Origin: Eledone cirrhosa
Lineage: Eukaryota
Assembly (NCBI GenBank): GCA_964016885.1
Contig: OZ024743.1
Span: 276,396,001 to 276,460,000 of the forward strand
DNA: 64,000 bases
Direction of reading: 5' to 3'
Below the pieces are notes generated by a model. The model saw only the letters and a list, made by a program, of their open reading frames with translations, did no database searches and was not told the origin of the DNA. Shown one piece after another: positions 10,524 through 23,670 of this stretch (positions are counted from its first letter, which is position 1; the number at the start of each line of letters is the position of its first letter). The translations under genes and the position numbers were made by a program.

Positions 10524-13500
10524 ATTCATCACCAGACGAGGCTACTTCTCCATCCCCAAGTGAAGATGAAGGAGAGCCTCGTAAATAAAAAAAAACAAAA
10601 AAAGAGACACCGCAAAGCCACAAAAACAATCACCGACACGAACACACAACCCCCAACACAAACAACAACACAAACGCCACCACAATCTCCCCCCCGCCCT
10701 ACCAGCAAAATAAACACCAACACCATCCCAAACACAAATGCCCACCATAAAAAGAAAACTACAAAATGAACAAGAAACCAAAACAACACAACAAAAAAGC
10801 AAACAAGAATACACATACATTAACACAAACAACAAAAATTTGATGGAGGTCATCTCACAGGACCCCAAAGTGGAAACTGAGGGGTAAACTTTTGTCAAAG
10901 CAGACTCTCAACCACACCTAAAACTAATAAGGGTTTCGACAGAAACCTATCAGAAATTGAAAGAACAGTTTTCACAGGACGTTGGCAACCCCTGCCAAAA
11001 AGCAATAAACGGTGTCCTGTTGAAATGTTTCCCCACCCCACTCAACACCCACACCAGAACTGAAATGGAGATTGGACAACCCGATCTCCAGGAAACGAAA
11101 AGGTAAATGCACCTTTTCGTCCTTTTCGCTAGCTCTTCTCCATCAACATGGCTGACTTACGAGTTGGAAGCGTTAATGTGTGTGGCCTAGGGATGCCCTG
11201 GAAACAGGGCCAACTTTTAAACGACTTTAGGTCACACGGTATAGATGTAATAACCATCACCGAGTCCAGGATCTACAACAGGCAGCAACTAACCCCCATC
11301 TTCAATGACTTTGAGATCTACGCATCTCTCTGTCAGCCGGGAGGTGGAGGGGGAGTGACTGTCATGTTTCGGAAAAACCTGGAGTACAGCAAGTACACTT
11401 GGACCCGGAGGGTAGACTGGTAGTCCTAGACGTGAACAGTATTGGCGGTGGAGCCTTCAGACTGGTGGCCGTTTATGCCCCGACCCGGCAATCACAATCG
11501 CGGCCAGACTTCTTTAAGCGTCTAGAGTCTTTTCTGGGAACGTCTCGCTCCTTGCTTTTAGTGGGGGACTGGAATGGTATTCTAGATGCACGATGGGACT
11601 ATGTGGGAGCATGTCCCAGTAGAGGGGGGTGCAACAGCCTCAAAAATCTAATCGGCCAATTCCAACTGGCTGATAGATATCGACTAGATTTCCCGACTGC
11701 ACCACAGTGGACGTGGGCAAACCGCAGCGTGACATAAAGATCGTATCTAGATAGGTTTTTCATTAGAGAAAAGGACAAGAAGATGATAAGCTGTCCACAA
11801 ATGCACATAGTTGCCTATTCAGATCACAAACTAGTCGTCTGCATAGTCAACCGTGATAGAATACATAGACAAGGACCCGGATACTGGAAGCTGAACGTGT
11901 CGTTGCCGGCACGAAAAGCCTACAGTGAAAGGATAAGTAGATTAGTTAAGCAAGAGTTGACGGGAGCCATCGTCAACAATAGAAGGTGGTACTCTCTCAA
12001 GAGAACAATTAGAGAAGAATCGATAGGGTTTAGCAGAGAATTAGCTTTAGAGAAAAACAAATCAGAAACAGAACTAGTAGCCAAGGTAGAAGAGGCGCTT
12101 AGGAGTGGCAACGCAGCTAGGGTGCTAGCATCGAGAACGGCATTGGACCAGTTCTTCGACGCGAAACACGAAGGCTGCGTGGTCAGAAGTAAATCACGTG
12201 CTCTAGGAAACGAAGGAGCAAAAGCTGTGCTCGAGTGGCGGAAGCGAAAAGTGGCAACAAGTCCACGATTCGGTCTTTGAAAGACCAAAACGGACGCGTG
12301 CTACTTGACCCCGGGAAATGTGCGCGGCCTTTCAGTGGCACTTTGCGCGACTATTTGAGCAGAACGACGGTGCACCGAACGGGGCAATGGACTTCTGTTC
12401 ATACCTCGACGGCCTGCCGCGTCTCTCGAGCATGGACGCCGAGTTCTGCGAAAGACCGATCACAGCCACTGAGATACGGGGCGCTCTAGGCCGCTGCGGG
12501 AAACGCAAATCACCCGGTCTAGATGGTCTGCCCTATGAGTTTTACATAGGCATGCCAGACTTGTTCTCTGGCGTCCTCGAAACCGTCTACTGCAATTGGC
12601 AGCAGAACGGGAGAATTCCCAGTTCTGCAGGCAAGAGCGTAGTAACGCTGATCAGGAAAGGCGAGAACAAGGGGGACGAAATAAACAATTTCAGGCCCAT
12701 AACTCTGCTCAACGCAGAGTTAAAGATTTTGGCCAAGGTGCTAGCAACGAGGCTTGTGCTTGTCGAAAACCTGGTAGGGAAAGCGCAAACGTGTGCAATC
12801 CCGACCAGGTCCATATACGACAACCTCCACGTCATGCGATACATCATAGAGAGAGTGGGGTGTAAACCCGGCTTCGATGGGGCTCTGATCAATTTAGATC
12901 AGTCTAAGGCATTCGATAGGGTTGACCATCGATACTTGGAAGCGGTTCTCAAGGCGGCCGGTTTCGGTCTCGTTTTCAGAGGCTGGATCAAGGCGATGCA
13001 CACCAGCATCTGCTCGAGGGTCAAGGTGAACGGCTACTTATTGGAGCCGTTCGCAATCACACGTTCCATTCGACAGGGATTCCCTCTCTTCTTCATTCTG
13101 TACGTATTGACTCTAGATCCACTACTGCGGAAATTGGAGCTTTTGCAGGGCATCCCATTCGAACCGAGACTGCGAAAAGCGGCGTCGGCTTATGCCGACG
13201 ACGTGACGGTAATGGTGTCGAAAACCTCGGAAATCGAGGTGATCGGCAACCTAGTAAAGGAATACGAAAGGTTCACAGGAGCAAAACTGAACCTGGACAA
13301 GTCTGTCGGTTTGCAACTCGGAACGTGGAGAGGCAAACCGATGCCGTCCAACAGCGTCGTCGGACGCTGGACGGAAGGACCAGTGAAATTGCACGGGGTC
13401 TGGTTCGGTCCAGACCTCCAGGTGGAGAAAAACTGGAACGATGTCATGGCCAAGGTATTTGCGCTCACCCAGCAGTGGGCAGAGCGCAAACTGTCTTTGA

Positions 13501-14660
13501 AAAGTCGAGCGGATGTGGCGAACACTTTCATAGCGTCCTTCATCTACTACCGCTTGACTGTCGTGCTTTGTCCCCGTGAATACCTCACCAAGATGGAACG
13601 CATGTTCTTCCAGTTCATGTGGAAGAAGCAGGCTCCACTGGTGAGGAGATCCGTCTGCTATCAACACCCTTCCAACGGTGGGCTAGGCATGCCGTGGCTA
13701 ATGATGCGCAAGCATATGCTGAGGCTACGGCATCTCCAGGTATTCCTTACCGACCAACCGGTGTGGGCACCGTTTGTGAGACAGACAGGCCTTCCCACAA
13801 CTTATCTCGCTGACGGAGCTGCAGTCCTGGGTCAAGCGAAGACCGAAGAAGATGGGCGCCTGGCACATTGAATGCGCCCAGGCGCTCACAGTCCTCTGTC
13901 AATCTGGCACTAATCAGTGGAGACTACACTTCGAAATTCTATAGAGGGTTAGTACTTTACAAGTACGACGACGTGCTTGGGGAGACTCTAGGCGTCGAAG
14001 ACGACGAGCTCACCAGTCTGTTCGGTAGGACTTTCCGTCCGGGACCTATGGACAACTTCCAGAAGTCTCTGGCCTGGCAGTGCTACCGAGGAGCTCTACC
14101 CGTTCGAGATAAGATCTACAGGCACGGACGCCCCGGCAGGGATCCTTCCAAGAATACGTGTCCGAGATACGAGCAGGACATTGAAACCGTCTTGCACACA
14201 ATTGTACACTGCCCGGGCGTAAGCGACCTGTGGAACTATGCAGAACAACTGCTGTCGCGTATGGGACAAATCCAGTTGACTGCCGAGTCCATAGTAAGGA
14301 TCAAACCGCCAGCCTCTTTCAAAAACGAAAGAGAAGCGGTTTTCCTCTGTATAGTGGCTATGGTGAAAGAGGTTATATGGTGGACGAGATTGAGAGGACT
14401 GAGGACAGATGCCTTTCTCCCCGGACAACAATTGATTCCCTTCTTTAAGTATCACTTTAGAAGGAGAATCAGAGTGAAGAGAGAGGCACTGCACCCCAGT
14501 AAATTACTGAAAGGTGAGTGAATGAAGCGAAAAAGGCCCGAGTGATTGGGCCTTCTCTGTTTATAAGCCTATAGGTTAAAGAAGAGAGCAAAAGCAAGAA
14601 GGGAGCACTTGCACAACACGCTCCTGAAGTTGAGTGTTGCTCCATTGACTTCTTTCTTTT
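10524..14660 (+). mobile_element. Tx1-clade (L1 group) LINE, 5'-truncated in ORF1, ORF2 disrupted
   Basis: APE motifs MADLRVGSVNVCGL, VGDWNGILD, YSDHKLV, GPGYWKLN; RT SPGLDGLPYEFY, NFRPITLLNAELK, DQSKAFDRVDH, AYADD (~13190); C-terminal CPR...ETVLH...C; homologous to 30921-35718. Confidence 0.93.
11148..14572 (+). pseudogene. Tx1 ORF2 (APE endonuclease-RT) with stops and frameshifts
   Basis: Pieces 11148-11423, 11399-11737, 11783-12280, 12318-13871, 13868-14521. Confidence 0.9.
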
Positions 14661-14849
14661 AGATTTCAGCTATTTTTTGAAAGCAAAGCATTAGCCCCTA
14701 AAATACTACAGTGGGCCCTGCAATGCTACTGTGAGCTCTTGCAATGCTACTATGGGCCCCCTGGGGCCCACTTGCCATTGGGCAACCTGGCAACCTGGCA
14801 ACCTGGCCAGTCCGCCACTGCATACATAGTGTGTCTATGTAGTGGTGTA

Positions 14850-14990
14850 TCGGCAGAGGCGTTAGAATGTTGGATAAATGCCTTGCGGCATTTGTTCCAG
14901 TTCTTGATTTCAAATCTCGCGAAGGTCAACTTCACCTTTCATCCTTTTGTTGTTGATAATAAAATAAAGTGTCAATCAAAGGTTGCTGAT
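14850..14990 (+). mobile_element. tRNA-derived SINE (family B, Meta-like core), diverged
   Basis: aggtcaacttcacctttcatcc...gataa...aataaagt core shared with many copies in window. Confidence 0.65.
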
Positions 14991-15349
14991 TAGTTGAATT
15001 ATTAATGCATAGGACAGCGATATTTGTTCTGGTTCCGGTTCGTAGTGTTCTGAGTAAAAACTCGACGTGGCGTACTTCAGTGATAGATTTAACACATCAC
15101 ACAATTTATTAACTCACGTAGCTCTTGGGTGGCTATAGCAGAGTCCACCCTGCTGTAAGCATTAGGGCCAGGATTCCCACGCGTCTTGAAAGCTCCGATA
15201 AAGGGGTTATGGGTACGGCCCTTTCCTCATTACGCAGCGGTTGTGACTTGCAGATTTGAAGGTCTTAGTAAAACTAGTTCATTGTAGATACGAAGTCTTC
15301 TCTGCTCTCTCAATGAATCAAAGGGATGTGGATTAACCTATAGACAGAT

Positions 15350-15407
<58 letters not shown>

Positions 15408-15476
15408 ATGTGTGTGTGCGTGTACATGTATATATGCATGAATGTAAATATGTATGTATGAATGCATGTACGCATG

Positions 15477-15548
<72 letters not shown>

Positions 15549-16007
15549 TATTACGAAATCTGCAGCAACTAGTTCAGGAAGCATTATCTAACAGATCGAT
15601 CAGCAATCTGGAGATAGCAAACATTCTCTTATTTCATGTAGTGAAACATGCAATAAAAAAAGTTTCTCACGAACGAAATAGCTTATTCTCACGCCATCTT
15701 GTCTTCAACAAGATATGACCTCGTAGAGTTCGGCTTCTTAACGCATCTCATATTTGTGAACTGGTTATTATGCTCCAATCAATCAATTAGTCAGACGATC
15801 GAATTCTGATGATTAGCAACATATTTGCACGATCATGGTTTCCTTTGATTTTCCATATAATTTTCTTAATTGGTACTTAGAAAAAAAAACATCTTTTACT
15901 TTTTTTCTATTTTATGATATCGTTTTTTCGGATCTTGTAGCAGAGATTATATTTCAGATCCCAAATAGGCTTTTCCTCATTATGACTGCACATGATGTCA
16001 TGTGTGT

Positions 16008-16091
<84 letters not shown>

Positions 16092-16144
16092 ACACACACA
16101 CACACGCGCGCGCATACACACTCACGTACACACGCACACACATA

Positions 16145-16360
16145 CGAGTGGGTGTTGAAAGGTTCATGGTTTTGGGTAAAATAAAATACAAAAAGATCAA
16201 TTCAAAGAAAATACAGGAAGTTCAGTTAATTATGATTTTATTCAACATATCCACTCCCAGATTCACACATTTAATGCAGTGGTCCTACCCCCCATGTAAA
16301 AGTAACAACTCTACCACTTCGCGATACCCATAAAGCCAGCAACATTTCAGCTCCCTCTCG
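16145..16360. mobile_element. Tc1/mariner-type MITE
   Basis: TA-flanked imperfect TIRs cgagtgggtgttgaaaggttcatggtttt / aaagccagcaacatttcagctccctctcg. Confidence 0.75.
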
Positions 16361-16659
16361 TATAACGTACAATTGTTTCGCTAAAATCATGTCTCAGATC
16401 ATTCACTGTGGCCAGATCTCAGATCTTTAGCTTTATTATGACACCATTTCATACTGATCTATGTCTGTTTCTTCAAACGTGAAAGAGCTGTTAAGAGAAA
16501 TAGGGAATAAGGAATTGGTAGAGCGTGGGGTGAAGACACATGTAGTTGAAATTAATAACAGGGGAGGTAATTTGGCAAGTGCATAGATGTGTTCATGGAA
16601 ATTTTCTTATAAAGACAAAAAAGAACTGACCGATGGAAGAACTTACAGATGTGTATATA

Positions 16660-16739
16660 AAGGGTGTCCCACCAAAAAATGTATATACACTTCAACAGCA
16701 ATGTAATAAATATGTGTATACATTATTGGAGATACCCTG
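16660..16739. mobile_element. ~75-bp Tc1-like mini-MITE (further copies 24415-24482, 61861-61937)
   Basis: TIR cagggtgtccc.aaaaatgtata.aca / tgtgtatacatttttggggacaccctg in TA context, 3 copies. Confidence 0.75.
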
Positions 16740-16961
16740 TATATATGTATATATATTGTTGAGATAAAAATCCGACCACAAGCCCAGCGCTTTCAGCTAG
16801 TTATCGCATCAATATGCGTACTCTGTATCTCACCATAAATAAAGTACTACTCTAATTTGTGGTCTTTCCGCTCTTCACGACGCAGACCCTATATATATAT
16901 ATATATATATACACAGAGACCCTATATATATATATGCGTGTGTGTGTATGCACATATATAC

Positions 16962-17002
<41 letters not shown>

Positions 17003-17048
17003 GACGCCCCCCTCCCCTGAACCTAGAGAGTCTAAGAAAAATTGAAGT

Positions 17049-17079
<31 letters not shown>

Positions 17080-17284
17080 AGTATGTACACGTACATACAT
17101 ATATGTATACAGACGTACAGTAGTATGTATATATGTATATACATACATGCACACATATATATATGTACGTATGGATTCACCGAAGATTTATTATAATGCT
17201 CGGTGTGTTTGTAAACAAACATCCCGTATTAAGCCGTAGTGTCTAGCAACCATCGTTGCTCGTTTGTTCAACACTGACAAAGGA

Positions 17285-17327
17285 ACGCTGTACTAGTTTC
17301 AAGCTTATTAGCTATCGTCAGCAACGT
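17285..17327 (-). ncRNA. Minimal type I hammerhead ribozyme, copy 1
   Basis: Minus: acguug-CUGACGA-u agcu aaua agcu u-GAAA-cuag-UA|cagcgu; intact core, 6-bp stem I, palindromic stem III ACUAGU, GUA triplet. Confidence 0.85.
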
Positions 17328-17704
17328 ATACCTTCCTGCCAGATTGTTGAACGTATATACTTACCTTATGCATATTAATGGCTGAGTAACCCAATTTGCA
17401 TATCGAGTGGGTTAATCGGCCGGGTGCACCGAAAACGATAAACGGAAAAAATGAAACGAAATTTCATTTCCCACTCTTAGTACGGCTGTTACTTAAATAT
17501 AAGTATGTACACGTACATACATATATGTATACAGACGTACAGTAGTATGTATATATATACATACATGCACACATATATATATATGTACGTATGGATTCAC
17601 CGAACATTTATTATAATGCTCGGTGTGTTTGTAAAGAAACATCCCGTATTAAGCCGTAGTGTCTAGCAACCATCGTTACTCGTTTGTTCAACACTGACAA
17701 AGGA

Positions 17705-17747
17705 ACGCTGTACTAGTTTCAAGCTTATTAGCTATCGTCAGCAACAT
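17705..17747 (-). ncRNA. Minimal type I hammerhead ribozyme, copy 2
   Basis: Identical to copy 1 except C-G -> U.G in stem I; exactly 420 nt away. Confidence 0.85.
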
Positions 17748-17906
17748 ATACCTTCCTGCAGCCGTACTAAGAGTGGGAAATGAAATTTCGTTTCATTTTT
17801 TCCGTTTATCGTTTTCGGTGCACCCGGCCGATTAACCCACTCGATATGCAAATTGGGCTACTCAGCCGTTAATATGCATAAGATAAGTATATACGTTCAA
17901 CAATCT

Positions 17907-17954
<48 letters not shown>

Positions 17955-18083
17955 TAAATCTACCAAAAGTTTACGGTTGTGTCCTATCCGTATGAAGAAC
18001 TCAATGTCATCCGGATATCATGAAAAGAAGAGATGCATTCAAAAATCACTTTCGGTGAAAGATAAACGGAATACAGAGTCAAG

Positions 18084-18336
18084 ATAAATTATTAAAAAAA
18101 TAATGAATAAACAAAGAAACAGTTCCTTATATTAAACAAAAAAAGTTCATTATTTTACGATCGTCTCTAGGACATATATGTGTTAGAATTGGTATGCATA
18201 TTCAAAAGATCTATGTACAAAATTATACAAACTATCAAAGAGAATATACATACCTTCACATATATATGCTGTCTTCAGAAATGTTTAATATAAGGAACTG
18301 TTTCTTTGTTTATTCATTATTTTTTTAATAATTTAT
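18084..18336. repeat. 55-bp inverted repeat with 143-bp spacer
   Basis: 18084-18138 is the reverse complement of 18282-18336. Confidence 0.9.
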
Positions 18337-19211
18337 AAATACATATATATATATATCATATCAATTTTTCTTTGACTTTGTAGGTTCGAGGGAGGGAAGG
18401 GGGAGCTGCATTGCAGCGTACGTTTTAGTAAATACAGCCATGTTTTGGGATACATACGCCTCCCACGGTCTACAAAACCCATCTACGGTCTACAAAAAAA
18501 TGTATTAGGAGTAGATGTATTTGACTATACTTCCCACCTACCAAACTTCTGCTTTCGTTCATCTGTTAGAAATTAATTCCTTTACTTATTTAATACCCAT
18601 TCAATTCTATTCGTTTAACGTTCACAATTAAAATAGATGATGGTAGCGTTGGCTTTCATCTCTTAACCATTAAGTCAATAAAATATATAGCAGATATGTA
18701 CTACGGTTACTAAAATCGGTTATAAACAACTATCCACTCTTACACTCCAAATATGAGGCTTTTGAAAATTTTAGATTCTGCTGTTGTAAATACGACATGC
18801 ACATCTTCGTGCTTATGTCTTCTAAAATTTCGTTAAAATATTATGACTAGCCATATATATAGCCATACTTTTAACACATAATTTTCATATTTGTGCTTTT
18901 ACCACCATTGCCACCAGTATCACTACCAGCACCAGCACCACAACTACCACCACCGTTGCGCATCCGCCGTTGTCACCAGCACCACAACCAGCGCGCCCCC
19001 ACTCTCACCGTCGTGTCGCCAGCAGCATCAGTAGCCTCCCACCACATCACCAACAGCACACTTAGATAAATGGAAATATACGTAAACATACAGACATTGT
19101 ATGGCAAAAAACATTAGTGAACAAGCCTGGCAAGAATCGAAATACAAATCATAATCTCATGTATAATTCGCTTTAGATAACTTCTATTTTCTCCTCACTC
19201 TTTTTCTCTCT

Positions 19212-19276
<65 letters not shown>

Positions 19277-19854
19277 TTGTGTATGTGCATGTTTATATAT
19301 GTGTATTTGTATACACACACACACTTACACCCCCCACCACATATATATATATATGAATGTATGTATACACACACACACACACACACATAAATATATACAT
19401 GAATGTATACACACACACGCATATACGTATGTGTGGGGCGTACGGGTTTTGGGTGTGTAAATTCCCATGTACATTAAATATTTATGAATTTTAGTCCTGC
19501 AATAAAACTTTAAATTGAATTCCAAAATGGCGGTTATTTCCTGTTTTCTTGTTTCCAAATATGAATAACTTAAAACATTATATAGTAGTATTATACTATA
19601 ACGTGATTGAACCAAACAGATCCGCTTCATATGTAAATTAACCGTTTAACGATCGAAAATTATTTCTTTATTTTCTGTCTATCTTTATTTTTTTATTTGG
19701 CCTAGAAAATACTAATCGAGTAGTGATTCGTATGTTTAACCTGTCTCACCACACTCACGTTTCAAATGTCTTTCTTCCCTGTTTCGAGTTCATTGACAGA
19801 AGCGTTAACCAGAGGCGTTCATTGACAGAGTCGTTTCAATGCAGAAATGATCAT

Positions 19855-20015
19855 AATAATAGTCGATCACTATAAATAACAGTTGAGAAAAATCGGGTAA
19901 AATGCCACTGGTGACGGAAAACATGAACAGAGCCACCAACGAGGAGTCGAACACCGTATCTCTCGGTTAACAGATGAGTGTGTTCATTACTATGTTAAGA
20001 ACCGTTGGCTACGAT
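19855..20015 (-). mobile_element. tRNA-head SINE (family C); second copy 20478-20635
   Basis: Shared aatagtc.atc..tataaataa.agttgagaaaa.cgggtaaaat...gacggaaaa and tRNA-like head on minus strand. Confidence 0.6.
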
Positions 20016-20059
20016 TTCGTCTTTTTTTTTTTTTTTTTTAGAAGAACCCCAGCCTCTAC

Positions 20060-20200
20060 TTAGGCGGCGAATTCATAGAGTCGTTAGAACGTCTGATAGA
20101 GTGTTTTGCGATATTCGTTTCGTCTCTCTGTCGAGGTCAACTTTGCCTTTCATCCATTTAAGGTCGATAAAAAAGTACCAGTCTAGTACTGGAGTCGATT
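20060..20200 (+). mobile_element. SINE family B
   Basis: gaggtcaactttgcctttcatcc...gtcgataaaaaagtaccagt. Confidence 0.75.
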
Positions 20201-20794
20201 CTTTCTTTATGTCTTTATCTCATTTCTCTTCTCTCACTCTATCATTCTCTGGAAGAAATCTGCTGTATTTAAACCTGGAGAGGAGATAGGTTCCCCCAAG
20301 TATAAAAATTGACTAGAAATGCCATATGTTAATGAGGCGCCCCTACAACTCTCTCGGGAGTCACGGGTCTATATATATACAAGCCTTTACTTAGAAGTGT
20401 AAACAACCGTTGACTTTAGAAGATTTGGGAGGATTTGAAATTTAAAACGGAATCGTCCCTACACAGAAGTGACCATATTAATAGTCAATCGTTATAAATA
20501 ATAGTTGAGAAAATCGGGTAAAATACCCTTAGAGACGGAAAAAGTTGACAGAGATAAATGTGGTGGATGGAACTTCACATCTCTCGAATGCCGGACGAGG
20601 ATGTAACCAGTATACTAAAAAGCCGTGGACCACTAATTCAGACGTTTTAGTACATTTTATGCCTGTAGCTAAACATGTAAACACCCCCAGCAGTAGCGCG
20701 CAGGGGGGAAGGGGGGGCATCATTTGGGGAAAGGAACTTAATAAATTTGATTGATTTATATTAAAATCGAATATTCGATCACTATAATATTGAC

Positions 20795-21070
20795 ATGTTG
20801 GAGCAGTCTGCTCGTGAAATTAACATACAGGGGGCTGAGCATTCCACAGATACATATATCCTTAATGTAGTTTCCAAGGTGATTCAACGTGATATGGTAT
20901 ATGACAAGGCTTTGAATTACAGGTACACCTCATTATTCTTAGCTGAGTGGATTGGAGCAATATGAAATAAAGTGTCTTGCTCAAGCACACAACGCGCCGT
21001 TGGGAATCGAACTGACAATCTTACGATCGTGAGCCGAACACCCTAACCACTAAATCACTTCTCTTCACTT
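20795..21070 (-). mobile_element. SINE family A (CORE-like)
   Basis: Minus head agtggttagggtgttcggctcacgatcgtaag...gttcgattccc; gtgcttgagcaagacactttatttc core. Confidence 0.8.
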
Positions 21071-21079
21071 TAATATAAT

Positions 21080-21225
21080 TGTTTCTCCTTTAAGCACAAG
21101 GCCAGAAATTTGAAGGGATGGGGGAAGTCGATGAAATCGATCCCAATGTGTTACTGGTACTTTATTTATCGACCCCGTAAGGATGAAAGACAAAGCTAAC
21201 ACCGGCGGGATTTTAACTCATATCA
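21080..21225 (-). mobile_element. SINE family B 3' part
   Basis: actggtactttatttatcgaccccgtaaggatgaaagacaaag. Confidence 0.75.
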
Positions 21226-21314
21226 CATTAATATAATAAGTGCTAGTAATTACTGAAACTGCATACTTAAAGAGAAATCCAGTAATTTAAGAGCCAGTGT
21301 GGGAAACTCTAAGC

Positions 21315-21701
21315 CAGAGCTTTCCAAGCATTTCACATAGCGACACCCTTTTACATAGAGTTTTGTTAGCGACACAACATTATCGACCTAAATAAATCAA
21401 CAAATAAATATCATACAGCGTGTCTAATATACACTGCTCAGTCAAATATTCGTAAAAATTGATCAGGTTTGATTTAATTTCCTGACACACACAGGTTATC
21501 AGCAGACCTGCCGACCTCTAAAATCACAAACGGGGAGTACCATGAATAAAAGTGCCCCAAAACGAGGAAAAATGAAGTGGGGAGTTTTATATAATGAAAG
21601 TTATACCCAAAGTGGGTGGGAGATCTCCCGGTAGAACGGGGAGAGTTGACAGATCTGTATCAGTGACACATTAAAGTGTTGCGACAGTTTGAGTACCTCT
21701 G
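21315..21701. mobile_element. hAT (Charlie-like) MITE carrying a nested MITE
   Basis: Ends cagagctttccaa / tttgagtacctctg; 8-bp flanks ctctaagc / ctctgtgc. Confidence 0.6.
21503..21657. mobile_element. MITE with CAGACCTGCCAAC TIRs (copies 25310-25495, 27783-27978, 53145-53330)
   Basis: TIR cagacctgcc.ac / gttgacag.tctg; shared internal ccccaaaacg.ggagaaatgaggcaaaatggggag; flanking tatcag duplicated. Confidence 0.85.
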
Positions 21702-22099
21702 CTCTGTGCTAACCTGAACTGCTAGAAACAGCAGCCAAAATTGTATTAAACCCCACTCTAATATTTTTATATAAGATGTGATATTTAAGGCTCGAATGTT
21801 TGTGATTACAGTTAATCTCAATCAGAGTTGAGCTGGGGTTAAATAATAACACCAAGTGTTATTATTGAGCCAATGATTAAATAAACCCTTATGTGGTTTA
21901 TTCTCTTGTTAGAAATAACTGTAAAATCCTTTTCGAATCACATTAAATGGAAAGGTTAATTAGTTAATGCACAACTAGCTATAGAAAAAAAAAAAAAAAA
22001 AACAACAACACAATGAAAACGATGGCTTACTTACGGCTGGAAAGCATTTGGTAAATGGCCTGAACAGTCAGAAAGGACATTGAGCTAAATAATACTTTC

Positions 22100-22510
22100 T
22101 TACATAGGTACAAAATCAGAACTTTGTGGAGAGAGGGAGAGAAGCATTGTCGAGTAAATAGATTCTAGTTCTCAGCTGGCTCTTTACTGTATCAATCCCC
22201 AAAGGATGTAAGTTAAAGTTGACTCCGGTGGATTTGAACTCAGAATACAAAGAGCTGTAACTAAATAACATAAGGAATTTTGTCCAACGATCTAACGATG
22301 CTGAAACTCGCCGAAGAGTTCCAATGGAATAAATTATGTCCAAAGTTTTCTCCCGTATTTTCACAGAAAAAATAATTGTTTCTATTTTTGGCACAAGGCC
22401 AGCAAATACCCAGTACATTACTGGTACTTTATTTTATCGACCCCGTAAGGATGAAAGGCAAAGTTAACCTCGGCGGGATTTGAACTCAGATCATAAAGAG
22501 ACGGGAAAAA
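22100..22510 (-). mobile_element. Two SINE family B copies
   Basis: ggatttgaactcaga B-box complement and ggatgaaaggcaaagtt core, twice. Confidence 0.75.
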
Positions 22511-22536
22511 ATAATGTTGGTCGTTAACCTTTAGGG

Positions 22537-22865
22537 TAGCATTTCTCAACCTTTTTAACCCTTGTGGAACCCTACAAATAGTTTTTATGCATCAGGGAAC
22601 CCGGCATATAAATTATTATATACCAATATTAATATCTATCTCTTTTATATTTTTATTGTAGTTCACGTGGTAAACATAATATATTTTTCGGACAACCAAG
22701 GATTTTCCAACACTATGCTGTACGTGTGTAGTAAAATTACAAATATGAAATTAAACAAAAATTGCACAAAAATACTTTATCCCATTTATCTCTGTTTTTC
22801 GTGGAACCCCTAGCGACCTATTGCTAAACCCTGGGGTACCGGGGAACACCGGGTGTGAAACACTG
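22537..22865. mobile_element. hAT (Charlie-like) MITE
   Basis: Ends tagcatttctcaacc / ggtgtgaaacactg; internal ggaacccc motifs; flanks ctttaggg / ttttagag. Confidence 0.7.
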
Positions 22866-23179
22866 TTTTAGAGCAAATCTAATCTTATTTAGGCATTTTA
22901 GTGTTCTAATTATTACACATGTTTTTACTCACTTAATAGTTAACACCTCCAGTTTAAATCAACCACGAAGGAGACCCTATGTGGTTATTCAATCTGTTAG
23001 AAATAGCAGCCAAAATTCTCACAAATCACACATTGCCGTCTTTAAAAAAGGAAGAGTACATTAGATAATCTATATTCCTATACACTGTCTGAAATTAAGA
23101 TAAAATAATCATAGCTGGAACACTTTAAACATAGGTCAACTTGATCAGAGCTGACATGTGACTGACCAACAAGAAATAC

Positions 23180-23633
23180 ATCAACAACAACTACAACAAT
23201 AGCAACAGCAGCTACAATAGCAACAACAGCAACTACATCAACAGCTACACAAATAACATTTTGTCCAGGTAGACGTGAATGAAAGCATTAGACAGCTAAA
23301 TTGTTTAACATCACCAACTTCACCACCACAATCATAACAACAACAACAACAACAACAGCAACAACAACAACAACAACGACAACAAAAAAGAACAACCACA
23401 ACAGCAGAAGCATTAGCACCATCACCACCACCATCACCACCACCACAAACAACAACAACAAGAACAACCACAACAACAGAAGCAATAACACCACCACTAC
23501 AACCACTTCAACACCATACCACCACCACCACCACCACCATCACCGCAACAACAGCAACAACAAAAAACAACAACCACAACAACAGAAGCAATAACACCAC
23601 CACTACAACCACCTCAACCCCACCGCCACCACC

Positions 23634-23665
<32 letters not shown>

Positions 23666-23670
23666 CAACA
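23180..23670. repeat. (CAA)n/(CAC)n trinucleotide low-complexity region
   Basis: Direct inspection. Confidence 0.9.

Larger units (their letters stand above)
17079..17906 (-). mobile_element. Non-autonomous PLE/retrozyme-like element: A-B-A-inverted B, with an HHR in each A repeat
   Basis: A 17079-17339 ~ 17501-17760; B 17341-17488 is the reverse complement of 17759-17906; HHRs at 17285-17327 and 17705-17747. Confidence 0.75.

Noticed and set aside
15025-15340. Possible solo LTR (TG start, minus-strand AATAAA)
   Set aside because: No matching CA end, TSD or second copy found
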